A stretch of 20,000 bases of DNA from an uncultured virus (IMG/VR IMGVR_UViG_3300023239_000006) (lineage: Duplodnaviria > Heunggongvirae > Uroviricota > Caudoviricetes). The stretch lies in IMG/VR virus record IMGVR_UViG_3300023239_000006, positions 106,577-126,576 of that record; one strand, written 5' to 3'. Of the stretch, positions 16,724 to 20,000 are shown piece after piece. Every line of letters starts with the position of its first letter. Positions within the stretch are counted from its first letter, which is position 1. Below the pieces are notes generated by a model. That model made no database searches and had not been told where the DNA came from. It was given only the letters and a program-made list of their open reading frames with translations. A program made the translations under genes and the position numbers.

Positions 16724-17236
16724 TTACTTTACAATCTCATCGTTTTTGTATTGTGACCAGTCTGCAAACTTACTACGATCCATTAGCGTATGTAGACTAT
16801 GAGACCATACGCCGGGATTGGTTGCTTTAAAATCTTTATCATCAATCTTTAGCATTGTATTATAATTCCATAACTTGATATATGGAATAGGCACACGAAT
16901 CTGCGGAATAAAGTTATTGTATTCGCAGTAACCGCTTTCATGAAACTCTTCTACCTGGCTCATTGGAATATCTAGACTGCACAGATACTCTTTCTTCAAA
17001 AAGTAAAAGATCATCTCTTCCCAACACTTATGCTCTTCGTAGTCTTTAGGGTTAAAACTATGATTAGCGCCAAAGAAGATATGCTCACAGCCCTGTAAAT
17101 TCAATGCAATATTTCCTACAGGTTGTACGCCTGTAACAAACAAAGTTTTTAACCCGTATGCAGGAGTATGTTCTACTTCATTACCGATAAAGAATACAAT
17201 ATCGTCAGCAACGCCGTCTGCGTAATCACGTTTCAT
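16724..17236 (-). CDS. Hypothetical protein, possible enzyme linked to the deazaguanine cluster
   Basis: 170-aa ORF with enzyme-like motifs (GNEVEHTPAYG, HIFFGANHSF, KIDDKDF..TNPGVW). Confidence 0.7.
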   Translation of the reverse strand: MKRDYADGVADDIVFFIGNEVEHTPAYGLKTLFVTGVQPVGNIALNLQGCEHIFFGANHSFNPKDYEEHKCWEEMIFYFLKKEYLCSLDIPMSQVEEFHESGYCEYNNFIPQIRVPIPYIKLWNYNTMLKIDDKDFKATNPGVWSHSLHTLMDRSKFADWSQYKNDEIVK

Positions 17237-17679
17237 TCTTCAAAACCTCCATCTTTCATTTCTTGTGTGCGTTTACGTTCTTGCAGTTCTGCTTCATGGA
17301 CATCACACAATGTACGTATCCATCCGTCGCCTCGTCTCTTTCCAACACTACCACACTCTTCGCATGTAATGTCTGCCCACGATTCTGCCATGCTAACTAG
17401 ACCGCGAATGTAGTCATCGCCGCCATCGTAGTAGAAACGCAGTCCACCAAACTTTTCTTTAATCTGTGCCACAGTTACTTGTGGAACAACTTCCGCTGTT
17501 TTATTCTTCCAGTTGAGGTGATGCTGGATATTAGAACAGAGTGTTTCTAACAGTAGATACCAGCCAGCGCCTACAGAAAAGCCGCCGTAATCACCTGCAA
17601 ACATCTTGGGAAACTGTTCTTCCATATTCTTGGCAAATGTTTCGTACTTGTTAAGTCCTTGATCTTCACCCATTACCAT
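17233..17679 (-). CDS. Hypothetical phage protein with C-terminal zinc-ribbon-like motif
   Basis: QIKEKFGGLRFYY, CEECG...TLCDVH (CxxC...CxxH). The start may be ATG 17673. Confidence 0.72.
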   Translation of the reverse strand: MVMGEDQGLNKYETFAKNMEEQFPKMFAGDYGGFSVGAGWYLLLETLCSNIQHHLNWKNKTAEVVPQVTVAQIKEKFGGLRFYYDGGDDYIRGLVSMAESWADITCEECGSVGKRRGDGWIRTLCDVHEAELQERKRTQEMKDGGFEE

Positions 17680-17876
17680 GTACTCAAATCAGTGATGTCA
17701 ATTTTAGTATCGACATCTTTATCATTGTCATTAAAGAGATTAAATTCAATAGTAATCCCTTCCCCTATGCCACTACTACGATCTACCCTGATAGTGAACC
17801 ATTCTATTTCTTTAAAATGGGTCACTATCTCGGTGAGCTTTTCAATTTGTTTACGATTAAGTGATAGTGTATTCAT
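17673..17876 (-). CDS. Hypothetical phage protein
   Basis: 67-aa ORF directly downstream of a consensus promoter. Confidence 0.65.
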   Translation of the reverse strand: MNTLSLNRKQIEKLTEIVTHFKEIEWFTIRVDRSSGIGEGITIEFNLFNDNDKDVDTKIDITDLSTW

Positions 17877-17882
17877 ACATTA

Positions 17883-17911
17883 ATTATAGCATCAAATTGC
17901 TCAGTTAGCAA
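17883..17911 (-). promoter_or_regulatory. Sigma70-like promoter (TTGCTA-N17-TATAAT, with extended -10 TGn)
   Basis: -35 at 17906-17911, -10 at 17883-17888 preceded by TGC; fills the intergenic gap; ATG 6 nt after the -10. Confidence 0.65.
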
Positions 17912-17913
17912 TG

Positions 17914-19452
17914 TTATTCTGCTACCAGTTTATCCAACTCGCCATCTTCGCGATCATCGTTCCACGAATCCTTGTCTTCACTGCCTTCTTCATAGAACAG
18001 ATCGTTTGAGATATTCGTAACGCCACCACGCAAGCGTGAGCCTTCCAAATTCTGCATAAAGCCTCTAGTCTCTGCGTCAGCAATCATAGCAAATGCGGAT
18101 TCTTTGTCTGGACAGCCAAACAGCTCTTCAACAAAACGATCAAAGTACAGAATGTTACGGGGAACCCAATCACTATACTCGTCACTCATGTCACGATCTT
18201 TGTTCTTCTTCCACAGTCTCCAGTCTGGTCGGATCTTAGCCTGTTCAATATCTGCCAAGTTGTTAGCACGTTGTACAGCAACAATATGTTGATAAACATT
18301 ATGACCCATCATCAGTGCATAACCAAAGCTGTCCCACGAAGTCTTGCCTTCTTTGCCAATCTTGTTTAGCATTCCTGGCTTGTAGTGACAGATATCTGAA
18401 ACATTTAGTCTGCGACCAATCTCGCTTTCGAATGGAAACGGAATGTCCGGGCGCGACGCAAGTGCTTTATTATCTGGAGCTTTGTCCATAATAACACTCC
18501 ACCGCTTGGCTGTATGCTGACTGTTAGTGTAAACAAGTCCGTGTGCAGTTGCAATAAACGGCGACGCACAATCAAAGCTAATTGTAAAGTTAGGATTAAT
18601 ATGTTTACGGACCTGACGTTGAATACTGGTCAAATAGCACGACCAATCTAATTGTGCAGTGCCCAAGAAGTGCATCCAATCCTTGCCTTCTAGCATACCG
18701 TCAAACCGCATAGTGATTATGCGGCGTAGTGCAATATGCATCTTACACATATTCGCACCGCCCATTGCCCACCCTTCAGCGGCTTTATCGCCCCAAACTT
18801 TCTTATCGCTAAACTCTTTAACACCTTCGTACCACGCTTCGGCAGTATCCCAGTTACTACCTTGTAGAACGTTTAGGAACTTAGTAGCACCTAAACGATT
18901 GTCCAAGAAGTACTTGTTATTGTGACGAGTTTTATCTAGACAGTCTTCAAATGACTTTAGTCCTGTCTTTGGACTATGAATATGGTCACATGCCCACGTA
19001 GGAACGTCTAGCATCATTGACCAATCAGCAGTTAGTTCAAGCCAGTTAAGAATATCATCACGAGTCTTGTTAGCTTTTTTGCCTTCAAAGTCTAGCCAAT
19101 CAAACTTAAGGATACCTTTACCAATCTGGTAACCACCGGAGTCGCCCAAGATCATTGTTTTGTTGCGATCACGTTGCTGAATCATTGAGTCATGATCCAT
19201 AGTCTTAACTAGATCTAGTTGTGCATGGCCTGCTGAATACAATCCGTACTTGTAATAGAAGTATCCTTCTTCTGGGTTTAAGAAGTTCATACCTTCGATG
19301 CCTCGATCAAAACCCGCTGGAATTCGATCTTTGGGTACAAAATCTCCCTTGCGTTGTTTTGCCACGTAGGTAGAATAGAAACTACTAATCGCAGGCAAAT
19401 AGACTGCGTAGTCTTTCTGTAGGGGTGTTAAATCAACTGGTTGTTTGCTCAT
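17914..19452 (-). CDS. dpdA: TGT-fold 7-deazaguanine DNA transglycosylase (DpdA/DpdA2-like)
   Basis: TGT motifs LGDSGGYQ, MMLDVP, NVLQG, GWAMGG, HFLG, SFDCASP and late HN. It is long and divergent, and lacks the CxCxxC zinc site of bacterial tRNA TGT. Co-located with folE and queE in a phage. Confidence 0.78.
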   Translation of the reverse strand: MSKQPVDLTPLQKDYAVYLPAISSFYSTYVAKQRKGDFVPKDRIPAGFDRGIEGMNFLNPEEGYFYYKYGLYSAGHAQLDLVKTMDHDSMIQQRDRNKTMILGDSGGYQIGKGILKFDWLDFEGKKANKTRDDILNWLELTADWSMMLDVPTWACDHIHSPKTGLKSFEDCLDKTRHNNKYFLDNRLGATKFLNVLQGSNWDTAEAWYEGVKEFSDKKVWGDKAAEGWAMGGANMCKMHIALRRIITMRFDGMLEGKDWMHFLGTAQLDWSCYLTSIQRQVRKHINPNFTISFDCASPFIATAHGLVYTNSQHTAKRWSVIMDKAPDNKALASRPDIPFPFESEIGRRLNVSDICHYKPGMLNKIGKEGKTSWDSFGYALMMGHNVYQHIVAVQRANNLADIEQAKIRPDWRLWKKNKDRDMSDEYSDWVPRNILYFDRFVEELFGCPDKESAFAMIADAETRGFMQNLEGSRLRGGVTNISNDLFYEEGSEDKDSWNDDREDGELDKLVAE

Positions 19453-19801
19453 ATTCTCTCCATAATTTTACTGTTATATCTAATTGTTGTCTTGCCTGTT
19501 CTAAATTGTCTAATGCTATTTTAACAGCCTTATTGTCATTTGCCAAGCTATGCAACTTTAATTCTTCGTCACGCTTCTTACGTACCCATTGTACTATGTC
19601 TAGTATATCTTGATCAAGGCCTACAGTAGCATAGCTGGTGGATAAGTATTGCCAACTGGAGCCATTAAACACTTCTATATCAGTGCCGTTGATTCTCAGC
19701 ATACCCATCATTGGATTAGCAGCGTTCGGGGCAACATACGGCAGGACAGTGTTGCCGCTATTTACCGTTACACCGTTATAACCTTGTAAGCCCTTAATCA
19801 T
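19433..19801 (-). CDS. Hypothetical phage protein
   Basis: 122-aa ORF overlapping the dpdA start. Confidence 0.72.
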   Translation of the reverse strand: MIKGLQGYNGVTVNSGNTVLPYVAPNAANPMMGMLRINGTDIEVFNGSSWQYLSTSYATVGLDQDILDIVQWVRKKRDEELKLHSLANDNKAVKIALDNLEQARQQLDITVKLWREYEQTTS

Positions 19802-19803
19802 AT

Positions 19804-20000
19804 TTAGGCCGCTTGTGCTGGAATGATATATTTGTAAGTAGCAAGACCGCTGTCTAAAGTAATCTGGATAGCACCTTCATTACTCAAAGACATCTTTGTG
19901 TTGTTAACATCCGCAATCTTAAGGATACTCAAGATTGGCACAATAGGCCAAGTCCAACCACGATCCAATTTACCCGCAACGTTTTGTGCAAAGATAAACT
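19804..20000 (-). CDS. C-terminal fragment of a probable sliding clamp (gp45/PCNA-like); 5'-truncated by the window edge
   Basis: Hand translation ...FIFAQNVAGKLDRGWTWPIVPILSILKIADVNNTKMSLSNEGAIQITLDSGLATYKYIIPAQAA*. The helix followed by three strands ending in Y-x-x-P resembles clamp C-termini. Not in the ORF track because it has no start. Confidence 0.5.
   Translation of the reverse strand, partial: FIFAQNVAGKLDRGWTWPIVPILSILKIADVNNTKMSLSNEGAIQITLDSGLATYKYIIPAQAA

Noticed and set aside
17914..19452. Housekeeping queuine tRNA-ribosyltransferase (tgt) in a bacterial que operon
   Set aside because: Lacks the zinc motif and the conserved TGT N-terminus; no queA/queC/queF; the context is phage-like.
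8083..19613. Plus-strand ORFs within the minus-strand block (e.g. 9991-10341, 11311-11655, 14010-14306, 18659-18925)
   Set aside because: Antisense shadows fully overlapping motif-bearing genes.
1..20000. CRISPR arrays, tRNAs, introns/inteins, transposases, stop-codon reassignment
   Set aside because: Intergenic gaps are too short, no repeats or cloverleafs were seen by eye, and genes tile intact under the standard code with TAA, TGA and TAG all used as stops.

Overview
This is a densely coding 20-kb segment of what is most likely a large T4-like or jumbo tailed-phage genome. Evidence: T4 RNase H-type 5' nuclease, the C-terminus of a probable sliding clamp, TATAAATA late-promoter motifs, many short overlapping hypothetical ORFs, and the standard genetic code. 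It has two converging blocks. (1) Plus strand, 1-6843: a glycan/sugar-tailoring cassette with a DxD glycosyltransferase-like protein, a radical SAM enzyme with an N-terminal Cys cluster, a dTDP-glucose 4,6-dehydratase, a 2OG-Fe(II) oxygenase, a GT-like protein and two SGNH-like proteins. (2) Minus strand, 6840-20000: replication-associated and hypothetical genes around a 7-deazaguanine DNA-modification cluster. That cluster has a DpdA-type TGT-fold transglycosylase, FolE, a QueE with an expanded Cys motif, and a QueD-fold protein with the LxxxHRHxF (DpdL-type) motif. It also contains a GT-B glycosyltransferase, a cupin, a purine phosphoribosyltransferase and an unassigned 170-aa protein. No QueC, QueF or canonical QueD is visible in the window. 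The best candidate for an undescribed system is a hypermodified, possibly glycosylated, deazaguanine DNA base. All annotations come from motif recognition by eye; no searches were run.
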